A stretch of 49,705 nucleotides of DNA. It comes from a virus. Taxonomy: Duplodnaviria > Caudoviricetes. Position numbers and translations under genes: made by a program. Location: positions 1-49,705 of IMG/VR virus record IMGVR_UViG_3300032225_000860, one strand, 5' to 3'. The notes beneath the pieces are model-generated. The model was not told where the DNA came from. It saw nothing but the letters and a program-made list of their open reading frames with translations, and made no database searches. Position 1 is the first letter of the stretch. Each line of letters starts with the position of its first letter. This document shows, piece by piece, positions 1-9,595 of the stretch.

Positions 1-567
1 AGAAGCCAAGGCGGCCTCTTGCTCAGAATGTGGATCATCAATAATGAGCAGATCAGCTCCCTTACCAGTAACAGTACCGCCAACACCGATAGCAAAATAC
101 TCCCCATTACCAGAAGTACTCCAACGCCCAGCAGCCTTACTATCAGATCTGAGAGCGACATTGGGGAAAATTTTGGCATAAGTCTCTCCGTCTACAAGGT
201 TACGTACTTTCCGGCCAAAACCTACCGCAAGTTCAGCCGTGTTAGAACATTGAATAATTTTCTTATTAGGGTATTTACCTAAGAACCAAGCCGGCAGTAA
301 ATAGCTGGCAAACTCGGATTTGGTGTGACGCGGCGGCATATTAATAATCAGGCGTTTAGATTTACCATTGGCAATATCTTCAAACTTCTTAGCCATTAAC
401 GCATGATGCCGGCCGGATATAAAACCGGGCCACATAGTCTTTACAAAGGTCATAAAATGACTCTGACCCTTTTCCCGTAGGATAGCGTCTTGATATTGCT
501 GAGCCATAGTCATGAGGTTTTCCCTATCGCCCGGCGGTAATGCCAATATCAGTTCTTCTAAATTCAT
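1..567 (-). CDS. terL: Terminase large subunit, N-terminal ATPase part (runs off the left edge; not in the ORF track)
   Basis: Hand translation from ATG at 567: MNLEELILALPPGDRE...RLIINMPPRHTKSEF (Walker A variant)...GVGGTVTGKGADLLIIDDPHSEQ (Walker B). ATGA overlap with the upstream ORF stop. Confidence 0.95.
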   Translation of the reverse strand, partial: MNLEELILALPPGDRENLMTMAQQYQDAILREKGQSHFMTFVKTMWPGFISGRHHALMAKKFEDIANGKSKRLIINMPPRHTKSEFASYLLPAWFLGKYPNKKIIQCSNTAELAVGFGRKVRNLVDGETYAKIFPNVALRSDSKAAGRWSTSGNGEYFAIGVGGTVTGKGADLLIIDDPHSEQEAALAS

Positions 568-788
568 TCTATATCCCGCACCCTAAGATAGGAGGGACGT
601 ACTGACCGGGCTTTGTGTGGAACCTTCTTACACATACCCAGTTCTACTAACAGGCGAATCTTACGGGCGGTATTCCCCCGGCTCTTTTCTCCGGTAATTC
701 TCATGATGTCATCTATGGACGGACCAAAGCCAAACTTCTTCCACCACTCATCTATGATGACAAAGATTTCTTTTTGCGCTGGGGTCAT
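564..788 (-). CDS. LexA-like winged-helix DNA-binding protein (no peptidase domain)
   Basis: MTPAQKEIFVII...FGFGPSIDDIMRITGEKSRGNTARKIRLLVELG...ARSVR matches the LexA N-terminal domain pattern. Confidence 0.8.
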   Translation of the reverse strand: MTPAQKEIFVIIDEWWKKFGFGPSIDDIMRITGEKSRGNTARKIRLLVELGMCKKVPHKARSVRPSYLRVRDIE

Positions 789-1339
789 TTTTTAAAGCTT
801 CTTTCATGTATTTTTTTACATCTTTTGGCATAAGTTCTCCGTACTTCAAATATATTTTCCATTCATTTTCTTTACAGTATTGCTCAAGAGCAATGTTAGT
901 TCTATTAATATCTTTTATGTATTTTTTATATTGTTCAGGTGTCATTTGAACCCCCAGAACCATTGTTTGGTCCGTTTTGAATACCGTACCCTAAATTTAA
1001 ATTTACCCATTTTGATAATAAATCCAGCACTATGTTTGTCACTAGGTGGATATACGTTTATCCCATTAAGGCAATCATAACCTTCTATTTTCCACCAGAA
1101 GAAATTCCACCGATAGTACCAACGGTAGGTATGCACAACAAATTTTCCTCTTTTATCAAACATTATTTACCGCAGTCCTCTTTATCCTTTAGGCGCCGGA
1201 AAAGCTCCTCCGCATGAATCTGCGATGAAGCCTCCAGACCACGGATTTGTTTAAGGGTTAAGTCGCGCTCTAGAATTAAATTTGCCAATAAGGTTATGGT
1301 TTTTTTTATGTCGCGGTCAATGGCGTGGATTTTTCTCAA
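748..1339 (-). CDS. Three small hypothetical proteins between terS and the LexA-like gene (~748-945, 942-1163, 1163-1339)
   Basis: Abutting or overlapping ORFs. The third probably starts at TTG 1339 after GGGGAG rather than at 1402. Confidence 0.55.
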
Positions 1340-1343
1340 AATA

Positions 1344-2210
1344 TTACTCCCCCTTGTTTTGCTCAGGATTTGATAAGGGGGGTGTTTCACGTGAAACATC
1401 ATCTATCTCACATTGTGAAATATTACCCCCCTCCCCCTTGTGATTGGAATTTAGAGGTGGGTGAGTGTCTGGAATACTATGCATAGGGCTGGTACTAGAA
1501 AAAATAGAATTTTGGTGTAGTGGGGTAGTGGGGTCTGGCATCTGGCCAACGTCCAAGGCCTCCCCAGCCTGTTCCGGATCATCCTCTAGTGTATCCGGCT
1601 CGGTGTCTGGTGCTGCTAGCTCTGCCATTAACTCGGATGCTGTAACGTCTACGGCCTCTGCATCCTCTGCACCTTGAGACGATAGCGCCAGCCGAATACT
1701 GGCCAGTAACTTATCACGCACTGCACCGGAATCCGATACAGTGACCACCTCGCGCCGCTCAGTAAATAGAGCTACCTCCGTCATTTTGCCCAGTAGCTCG
1801 GCCGCCTTGATCTGCTGTGCCGGCGGCGTGTCTGGATTGATCGCGTGCTCCGTTAGTTTGTGGATGGCCAGAGCTCGTAAAGCGGCTGGGGTATTATGCT
1901 GAGCAGCCTCTAGCGCCAACTTAAACGCGTCAATCTGGGCTTGTATTGCCCCGTGTTTTGTTAGCTCTTGCCCTCTCTTGCTGGCCGTCTCTGGTTTAGC
2001 CTTAGATTTACGACCATTAGGGCGGGATTGTCTAAAGCTCTCCGCCTTAGTCTTACCTAGTGCCATCTGGTACGCAAAGGCGCGCTGGGACGCTGTTAGT
2101 TTAGTTTGGCCGCTACTGGCCGCGCCCAGAATAATAGTATCTATAGGCACGCTCTCCAGACCCTCTTTGATCTGCTTGCGGGATAACTTAGGCGGCTTAG
2201 ATGGCATCAT
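1344..2210 (-). CDS. terS: Probable terminase small subunit
   Basis: N-terminal HTH-like LTASQRAFAYQMALGKTKAESFRQS, then a helical oligomerisation-like segment (IKAAELLGKM) and a disordered acidic tail. Lies upstream of terL on the same strand. Confidence 0.7.
   Translation of the reverse strand: MMPSKPPKLSRKQIKEGLESVPIDTIILGAASSGQTKLTASQRAFAYQMALGKTKAESFRQSRPNGRKSKAKPETASKRGQELTKHGAIQAQIDAFKLALEAAQHNTPAALRALAIHKLTEHAINPDTPPAQQIKAAELLGKMTEVALFTERREVVTVSDSGAVRDKLLASIRLALSSQGAEDAEAVDVTASELMAELAAPDTEPDTLEDDPEQAGEALDVGQMPDPTTPLHQNSIFSSTSPMHSIPDTHPPLNSNHKGEGGNISQCEIDDVSRETPPLSNPEQNKGE
1383..1398. promoter_or_regulatory. parS: parS site (perfect consensus palindrome TGTTTCACGTGAAACA)
   Basis: 16/16 match to the widely conserved bacterial chromosomal parS consensus. 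Confidence 0.8.
1405..1421. promoter_or_regulatory. Candidate operator, copy 1 (ATCTCACATTGTGAAAT)
   Basis: Near-palindrome. Related copies at 2233-2249, 2354-2370 and 13623-13639. Confidence 0.5.
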
Positions 2211-2471
2211 TTATAGGGTATAAAAAAAGAATATCTCATATTGTGGAATTGTAGCATTAACTACTACCTGTAGTGTAGTGTCTCTTCCTTATCTACTATC
2301 TATAGTATCCCTTGCACTGATCCGCTCCGCTGGCCTTGGCCGCGCTCTAATTTTTCTCATATTGTGAAATAAAAAGGGGTTGACAGTGTAGACAAGCCCA
2401 GAGGCTGGCCGTTAGTATCTCATTAGGTGACTCAATTGTGAGCCATCTAGTGATTAACTTACGGAGGTTTT
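2211..2471. promoter_or_regulatory. Divergent control region between terS and the early operon, with two operator-like repeats
   Basis: Non-coding. Contains ATCTCATATTGTGGAAT (2233-2249), TTCTCATATTGTGAAAT (2354-2370), TTGACA at 2380-2385, a hairpin at 2424-2449 and a GGAGG RBS before 2472. No canonically spaced -10 found for the TTGACA. Confidence 0.6.
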
Positions 2472-4461
2472 ATGTACTTAGAAAAAACAATTAACGGCTA
2501 CGAGATAAGCCTAGACACGGACACGGACGGCGCAGGCGATAACAGCCCAGAGCGCATTACCGGATGCTGGATTAATAAGGGTGAGCTCTCCGGTAGTCTG
2601 GAGCTATTACGCCAGCAAGGCGGCCTAGAAAATGATAATGGGGACGTTGTACCTATGCCGGATGCGCTGATAGAAAAAATAGAGGGCTGGGCGCTGGCCA
2701 ATGGCTATTGAGTGATCCCTGCAAGCCCCTACGCGCTGGGGGTTTGCGGATTGTCACTTGATAATCAATTACTTTTTTTGGAGGTTTTATGCAATATATC
2801 AAGACTAGATATCTACCATCTACTAATAACTACGGCTCACGGATTAAGGCCACGGCCAGTAATGGCCAGATGCTTACTATTCCTTATGACTACGAATTAA
2901 ACGAAGAGCCGCTACACGCTAAAGCCGCGCTGACGCTGGCCGCGCGTCTGGGATGGTCTGCAGAGTATGCCGCCGGCGCTGGGGATGATGGTTATGTATT
3001 CGTTCCGGTTACTTCGGCCAATACCTACAGTCTGGAGGCCGCTTTATGATTGCAATTTTGCATAAACCTAGCGGTATTCTGTGCGAGCTAGAGCGCGATA
3101 AAACCGGCGCGCTGGTCTGCTTTATGGTTTTTAAAACAATGGCCGCGGCGCTCGCTTGTATGGCTGATAGGGTTTATTTTCCAGACGGCGCGGAAGATTT
3201 TGAGGCCGTTACATTACCGGCCGGTGTTCGCGCGCCATTTTTATTTGGAGAGGCGGCCTGATGCTCTGCTTACACTTTACGGCCGCCGAGTACGCCAAGG
3301 AAAATAAGATATCAGTATCCACGGCACGCGTGCGCCTCCAGCGGCTGGAATGGTCTGGAGAGGTGGATAGTCATATTACCTACGAAGATAACCCTAAAGC
3401 GCATTCACGGATTAATTACGGCAACATGCCGCCGGTGAGAGTGCGTTATTACTACTTTAAGGAAGATAAAAAATGATATTAGACCAGCCAGAGCAGATAG
3501 AGCATTTTCGTTTTTTAACCCTACGCCAAGGCCTTAAGCTAGAGATTAAGGGTTTAAGAATGAGCCGCGGCGTTAGTGCCTACGCCATCATTAAGCGCGA
3601 GCTAGGCCTTAAGGGCTCGCGTATATCGGTGTTTAATCAATTATCAGAGATGCTGGGCAAACCGGCTTATGAGTGACACCTCTAAGCCCTCTGCGGAGGG
3701 TTTAGGGATTATCACTTGATAGTCATTAACTTAGGGGGGTGTTATGAGATCAGTATCTGCAATTGCATATGACATTAAAAGAGCTTGGCCGAAGGTCAAC
3801 TACGCGGCCGCGCCGTATCTGGACGCTATGACACGGCTACAGTCCGCCAGTGATCCGTATTATCAGGATAGCGGCCGGAGCATTATTAATTACTTTTTAG
3901 CTAACGCGGCCGGCTTTAGAGGGGATGCCGCTAAGGCCTTAAAGGCCGAGCTAAAAGATCTAGTAAAAGGGGCTTAATTATGAGTACATGGTACGAAGAT
4001 CTAAAAAAATCAGATCCGGCGCTAGCCGCGGATTATGCTATTACCGGCCAGCAACCGGCTTGGGCGCTTAAAAACATGGTTAAGGCCTTATCGCTTATGC
4101 CAATACTTAATACGCCGGAGCAGACCGCCAGACTAACGGCCGCGCGTAGAATTTTACGGAGGATTAAATAATGGAAAATATTTGGACGTCTGGATGTGGC
4201 CGGCTGGAGCTAAACCTAAACGCGGATCAGGCCGCGCGCGGATATCATTCCGGCCAATGCGATGCCGATATCGCAGAGCTAAAACAAGTGCCAGAGATTA
4301 AGGCGCAATTATTGGCGCTGGATATCGGTCTGGTGCGTGAGTGCTTACGCGAGTACGGCGCGTGGGATAGCGCCGAGCTATCAAACCATAGCGATAACCT
4401 AGACCGGCTATTGTGGATAGCGTGCGCGGATATCGTAGATAGAGAGGTGGAAAATGACTAA
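2472..4461 (+). CDS. Early-region cluster of small hypothetical proteins (2472-2711, 2789-3049, 3046-3261, 3261-3476, 3473-3676, 3744-3977, 3980-4171, 4171-4461)
   Basis: Tightly packed co-directional ORFs with strong RBSs and overlapping stop/start codons. 3261-3476 looks HTH-like. Confidence 0.8.
2710..2767 (+). promoter_or_regulatory. Repeated structured intergenic element, copy 1 (RNase III site-like)
   Basis: GAGTGA/TCACTT lower stem, internal loop, GCAAGCCCC/GGGGTTTGC upper stem. Confidence 0.65.
3671..3724 (+). promoter_or_regulatory. Repeated structured intergenic element, copy 2 (RNase III site-like)
   Basis: GAGTGA/TCACTT lower stem, CTAAGCCCTC/GAGGGTTTAG upper stem. Confidence 0.65.
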
Positions 4462-5224
4462 GCCAAGCGGATACATAATTTACAGGGGGGCGAGCCAGCT
4501 AGACGGCGCGCCTATTGTGGTGGTGGCCATTACTGATAGCACTAACGTAAAAACCGGCAATATGGTGCAAACCTATATTTTGGTGGATAACGGCCGCTCA
4601 CCGGTGGATAACGCGCGCGAGCTGTTAGATGCCAGTATCTGCGGAGATTGTAACCATCGGCGCGGTCTGGGCGGTGTCTGCTACGTTAACCTAGGCCAAG
4701 GGGCGCGAGCGGTGGCCGCCGCTATCGTAAAGGGTAATTATCCGGCCGATATACTGGCCGCGCAGCAGGCGGCTGCTGGCCGTATGATTAGGCTGGGGAC
4801 TTACGGCGATCCGGCCGCCGTGCCGGCTAACGTCTGGAATACTCTACTGGCCAAGGCCGCCGGTCATACCGGCTACTCTCACCAGTGGAAGAGCGGCAAG
4901 GCTGGCGCGGATATTATGGCGCTCTGCATGGCGTCCGCAGATAGTGAGGCCGATAGAGTGCTCGCTAAATCTAAGGGGTATCGTACCTTTAGGATTAGGC
5001 TAGACACGCAACCGGTGCGGTCTGGTGAGTTTATTTGCCCAGCGTCTAAAGAGGCCGGCCATAAAAAATCTTGCGGACAGTGCGGCGCGTGTGATGGCGG
5101 TTTAAATACTCGGCGCGCTGATCCGGTAATCGTAGTCCACGGCTCACTCGCTGGCCGCTTTATTAAATCAAAATCAATATATGAGAGGTTTTTAAATGTC
5201 AAAGTCACTAAACAAAATTCTTGA
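4454..5224 (+). CDS. Cys-rich phage protein, probable Fe-S/Zn-binding enzyme
   Basis: Motifs KTGNMVQTYIL, CGDCx9CY, RLGTYGDP, HTGYSHQW, CPAx7SCGQCGAC. Confidence 0.6.
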   Translation: MTKPSGYIIYRGASQLDGAPIVVVAITDSTNVKTGNMVQTYILVDNGRSPVDNARELLDASICGDCNHRRGLGGVCYVNLGQGARAVAAAIVKGNYPADILAAQQAAAGRMIRLGTYGDPAAVPANVWNTLLAKAAGHTGYSHQWKSGKAGADIMALCMASADSEADRVLAKSKGYRTFRIRLDTQPVRSGEFICPASKEAGHKKSCGQCGACDGGLNTRRADPVIVVHGSLAGRFIKSKSIYERFLNVKVTKQNS

Positions 5225-7969
5225 TAGCTCACCCTTGGCCTATATGATGGTAATAGAGGCCATAAGCCAATTATCTGCGGAGGTGGCCGCGTCTAAGGTG
5301 GAAGATTACCCGCCGCGCGGTTTTGTAGAGCCTATGGCGTGGATTGAGACGGCGCAGAAAATCCAGCACATATTAAATAAGTGATAACTCTAAGCCTCTG
5401 GAGGGGGGCTTAGGGATTGTCATTTTTGGCGGTCATTAACTTAAGGGGAGCATATGAAGGTTATAGATAAGCATACCGGCAGAGAATTAAGCCATGCAGA
5501 GATTTTGGAGGAGGTTAATAGAGATCGCTCGGATGAGTGGAGCAATTACAACGGCCTAGATTTAAAAGAGACTCCAGCAGAGGTGCTGGAATGGATTGAT
5601 CCGCAATACTTTGACATTATTTTATAGGGGGATATATGCAATTTTATTTTAATAGTAAGCCAGTACCTAAAGGTCTGGCGCGTATCATTTTTATAGATGC
5701 AAACCCAACTATGGATCAGGCGGATGCAGAGGCGATTTTTAAGGGGGCGCAGACGTCCGGAGGTAGTAAGTTTAGGGCGCACCTACGCGATTATGGTTTG
5801 GAGGTGGTGCTATGAAGGAATTAAAAGAGATTATTTTGAATGTACTCGTGGCGGTGGCCAGCATGGCCGCGGTTTATTTTTTAATTGTTTTTGGTTTATC
5901 AATCTAGGGGGGCTTATGTTTTATGTATATCGCAATACTAAAGAGGATAGCGGAGTGATCGCTCAATTTGAGGATAAGGATCAGGCGCTGGAGATGATGG
6001 AGCGCTTGGCCACGCGTGAATTTCGCGAGAATGTTATCGGTTACGCGGTGCGTGATTATCAATTAAAAACATACGCGGAGATGGAGATATGAGAGATCTT
6101 ACCGATTTAGAAAAACTGCGGATGGTGAAGGATATCCTTGGCCGTATTGAATGTATTCGGCTGGATGTAGGGCTTAAATTAGAGGTGGCTGGGGATTTTG
6201 TAGATGAGGCAATTAATTTTATGGAGGAAGAGCATGAGAAAGAAAACCATTAATTCTCTAATGCCAATTGATAAGGCGGCAATTGGGTCTGATTTGAGGT
6301 CATTGATTGAATACTATACGGAGTTAACAGTAGAAGAGCATATGACCGGAAAGATCAATAAAGAGGCCGATCAGACTTGGAACAAAATACTAGTTTTGAT
6401 CCATAAATTAGTGGAGGAAAAAGATGCGTAACATAGTCCTATTTGGCAATATTGAATTTGGAGAATTTTTAAAGGATGGTGGCCGCGATCATTTTTCGTG
6501 TGCAATCGTCCATGAAATTCAATGCCAGCTGATGATGGAGGAAGAGGAGGCTGATGATTTTATGGTCAAGCATTCGTATGATGGCTATTTAATTCCAGCA
6601 TTATTTAAGGGTGAAGTTTATTTTTCGGGGAAAAATGATGGAAAAATGCTCAATTTGTAGTTGTAATTTTTCGCTGGACGAAGAGGGCGGTATCTCTGGT
6701 GAGTTTGGGGTTTTGCCTGTGGACTTTTGTCCTACTTGCTTTAGCTCAATGATGGATATGGCCGATAAGCTTGGCGGCGATGATATGACGTTAGAGTGGG
6801 GTAACAGTAGGGTGGCCACTAAGTATATGTATGAGCGCATCCATGACATTTTGGACGAGGTTGATGGTGATATATATAACAAGTTGTCCAAACTGCTTGA
6901 TGAGCTGGCGCATAATTATGAAGTTGATACTGGAGAGAAGATAGGAGAGAGTGATGAGTAAATTAAAAGAGTACGAAAAGATCGTAATGCTTACAGATGA
7001 GCTGGATGATGGCTCAATTGTGGTCAATTTTGACGTTACAGACGAATATAACTGCACAACTAGAACCGGTGGTTACGTTAAGGCAACGCAAGACAATGAC
7101 GATAAATGTTTTTATGTAACTATCTGTGATGAGCAAGGCAATCTCTTATCTGAGACAGTTGTGCCATTTGTTTTTATGAATCATGAGGATGACGAAGATG
7201 AAAGTTAAAAAAATTAACAGCAAAATGGTGGAGCATTGGATTGGCAGCGATCATCAAAACACCGCTGAATATCTTCGGCTATTGACAGAGATAATTAACG
7301 GCGAGTATACGGTTGATGAATTTAGGGACGATGTATTAGATTTATGGGGAGAAGATGATGAAAGTAATGATTGAGGTAAATATTCCGGTCAACGGCACAA
7401 AGGCCGAGGCTGAGATGGCTGTTAAGCGGTATTTTGATCCTGATTGGATGGCAGAGTGGTGGTGCGTTGATGATGTCATTGAGCAGGCTTGCGAAGACAT
7501 TAGTACAGAAGAGGCACGCTGGGTGCTGCAAATGATGGAAAAACGCCACGATTGTAACCATGGCCATACTTGGGATTCTATGGATCATTGGATTGATCAT
7601 GTTATTGGACAGAGGGGTAAAAAATGAAGCGCTTTAAACTTTACGATAGCAAAAAAGACTATTTAGGTGAATTTGATACTTTTGTAGAGGCTTGGCAAGA
7701 GGGTACGGATTACAAGGCCACTACCGGCAACACCTACTTTATTCAAGATACTGGCCGGCATTATGCACAAGTGATAGAAAAACTCAGAGGAGAAGAAAAT
7801 GCTAAGACAATATGATGTTACGTTCCACCTACGCCGCACAGTAACCATTACTGTAGACTGCCACAATGAAGATGACGCCGAGGATTTTGCTTATGATGAT
7901 CTAAAGCTACAGGAAGATGAGGAGGTTATTGAGGTTGAGGTAACCGCTGGCGATCCTAGCGGTGAATAG
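5196..7969 (+). CDS. Second early cluster of small, mostly acidic hypothetical proteins (5196-5384, 5454-5627, 5636-5815, 5812-5907 membrane peptide, 5916-6092, 6089-6253, 6234-6431, 6424-6660, ~6635-6961 Zn-finger-like, 6951-7208, ~7198-7374, 7355-7627, 7624-7815, 7799-7969)
   Basis: Continuous overlapping ORF chain with G-rich RBSs. Several ORFs under 60 aa were translated by hand. The tracked 5697-6092 ORF most likely starts at 5916. Confidence 0.7.
5379..5434 (+). promoter_or_regulatory. Repeated structured intergenic element, copy 3 (RNase III site-like)
   Basis: AAGTGA/TCATTT lower stem, CTAAGCCTCT/GGGGGCTTAG upper stem. Confidence 0.6.
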
Positions 7970-8780
7970 TATAATTGGGCATCAATACTTTTTTAAGGCT
8001 TTGGCTGGCGGTAAAGATGCCCACTCTCATATGATAATCGTTGAAATCCTCCCCAGTTGTTCCGCTGAGCCAGTACGGATGGCCTGTTTCAATCGCAACG
8101 GATTCACCGATATGACTGGGGTCATTGTCAGCAACAATGATCCCCTTCCCGACTGTCCGCGCTACTTCCTTGAGATTTCCTGCGCTGAAGCAGATGTAGA
8201 TACAATATCTCAGGTTGCTGCTTTTCATAGCGAGGCGAATGGAATTCCCCGTGGCAAACCCCTCGCAGAAGATGGGAATCCCTTTTGCGTCCATGGTAAA
8301 ACTTGCGCCCTTAGTCGTTTGTCCATACAGGAATTTTTTATCCCCTTGCTCATTGATGAGCTGGCATCCAATCAGTCTTTCTCCGATCCGCATCGGTATA
8401 ACTAACTTACGTTCTCCGTTGTCGTTCCATACCGGCCACTTCTCTTCCGGAAAACCTTTTCTCTCCATATACGGATGGGTTTCCATTTGTGTCTGGTGCA
8501 TAATCCAGCCGGCTTTGGCAGCTGCTTTGTCCGCCAGCTCTTTGCGCTGATTGTTACTTTCTTTTATGCGCGTTATATGAATCGGATTAGGGCTTTCTGA
8601 TTTCCAAACGGCCGGTTTCTCCATGGTTGCCCAGTTTTGTACCGCGCCCCTATTCCCGTCAAAAATATATGAACCGTTTTTCTTATGTGGATGATCGGTT
8701 GTTGGGACTCTAACCCATTTATCGTACATCAGCGAATTGATAATCAGGCCATGAGCTTTAGCAAAATCTTGGAAGTGCAT
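7956..8780 (-). CDS. Toprim-domain primase-like protein
   Basis: HPYMERKG, LVIPM...CQLI...GDKKFL, CEGFATG, IIVADND, DFND motifs. Start at ATG 8780 follows AAGGA. Confidence 0.88.
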   Translation of the reverse strand: MHFQDFAKAHGLIINSLMYDKWVRVPTTDHPHKKNGSYIFDGNRGAVQNWATMEKPAVWKSESPNPIHITRIKESNNQRKELADKAAAKAGWIMHQTQMETHPYMERKGFPEEKWPVWNDNGERKLVIPMRIGERLIGCQLINEQGDKKFLYGQTTKGASFTMDAKGIPIFCEGFATGNSIRLAMKSSNLRYCIYICFSAGNLKEVARTVGKGIIVADNDPSHIGESVAIETGHPYWLSGTTGEDFNDYHMRVGIFTASQSLKKVLMPNYTIHR

Positions 8781-8781
8781 A

Positions 8782-8946
8782 CTAATCCTTGAAAAACAAT
8801 TTAATGTCAATGTTACGGCGCTCTAGCTCTCTCTTAATCTTTTTTATGGCTTGCTTTTCAATTTGATTGACTGTAACCCTATGCATTCCCAGCTTTAGGG
8901 CTACTTCTTGCTGTGTCATGTTGATCAGGCTTTTATCAATTTGCAT
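8782..8946 (-). CDS. Stand-alone sigma70 region-4-like HTH protein (54 aa; not in the ORF track)
   Basis: MTQQEVALKLGMHRVTVNQIEKQAIKKIK resembles the sigma region 4.2 consensus. Confidence 0.7.
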   Translation of the reverse strand: MQIDKSLINMTQQEVALKLGMHRVTVNQIEKQAIKKIKRELERRNIDIKLFFKD

Positions 8947-9440
8947 CATTCATTCCTCATAAATTTTAATAAACTGGTTTTACAAATGTAAAACTCTTGT
9001 GTCATATCCTCGTATCGCTTATCTTTATATGTCTTTACAAACCATTGTGCGTGGGTATCTCCTTTCAAGGTGGCAATATGGGTCTTGTCTTTGCTTAAAT
9101 AGATATACAAGTAAGGCTTAGGCTCTGCGTTATCAAAACTATGCCGCGCGCAAACCATAAAATGCTCTCCAAACCTCCAATCCTCCGCGCAAGTAAATTG
9201 TGCGCCTAAATGCTTAACTTCTACCCGCTTTTCATCTTGACCGCGTATATCGCAGATGTATATATCACCTTCGTCTACAAAATTCATGCGCTCTTTGTAA
9301 CTGGGCGTCACCTTGGTAGGGGGAATGGTTACCACTTTCCCCAGAGAGGATAGCCACTGCGCCATCTCCCACACCGCTTGCTGGCTGGCGTTTAAATGCG
9401 TTACGAGCCTTCGGCAGTCGTTTTCTTTTGGGCTATCCAT
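8946..9440 (-). CDS. Putative PD-(D/E)xK nuclease-fold protein
   Basis: DEGDIYI...RVEVKH motif. Confidence 0.5.
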   Translation of the reverse strand: MDSPKENDCRRLVTHLNASQQAVWEMAQWLSSLGKVVTIPPTKVTPSYKERMNFVDEGDIYICDIRGQDEKRVEVKHLGAQFTCAEDWRFGEHFMVCARHSFDNAEPKPYLYIYLSKDKTHIATLKGDTHAQWFVKTYKDKRYEDMTQEFYICKTSLLKFMRNE

Positions 9441-9595
9441 TTTCTACATTTCTTTTGCACGTTAATTGGGTCTGCGGTACTTACTTCGCTGCATTGATAG
9501 ACTATCGGCCTTAATGCGTGCTGCACGGCCATATCTACGCCATTAAAGAAAGCAATCATAAATAAAGTAAAGAATACAAATTTAAAAAATATCAT
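9401..9595 (-). CDS. Small membrane-anchored hypothetical protein
   Basis: Hydrophobic N-terminus and two Cys. Overlaps both neighbours. Confidence 0.55.
   Translation of the reverse strand: MIFFKFVFFTLFMIAFFNGVDMAVQHALRPIVYQCSEVSTADPINVQKKCRKWIAQKKTTAEGS

Noticed and set aside
19-282. Plus-strand 87-aa ORF
   Set aside because: Antisense shadow of terL, which has clear motifs on the minus strand.
1340-1402. MMFHVKH N-terminal extension of ORF 1163-1402
   Set aside because: It is simply the translation of the parS palindrome inside terS. A TTG start with RBS at 1339 is more plausible.
2258-2310. Short ACTAC/GTAGT and TACTA/TAGTA palindromes upstream of terS as a pac site or genome end
   Set aside because: Too short and low-complexity to support without read-termini data.
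2710-5434. Repeated hairpins as a CRISPR array, attC sites or self-cleaving ribozymes
   Set aside because: Spacing is irregular and gene-sized, there is no cas gene or integron integrase, and no hammerhead/HDV/twister core is recognisable.
5697-5915. N-terminal half of the tracked 131-aa ORF
   Set aside because: Overlaps two better small ORFs with RBSs. The real start is probably 5916.
7953-7960. ATCCTAGC as a fourth sRNA target
   Set aside because: Only 8 nt, and it lies at a convergent gene end rather than in a 5' leader, so it is compatible with chance.
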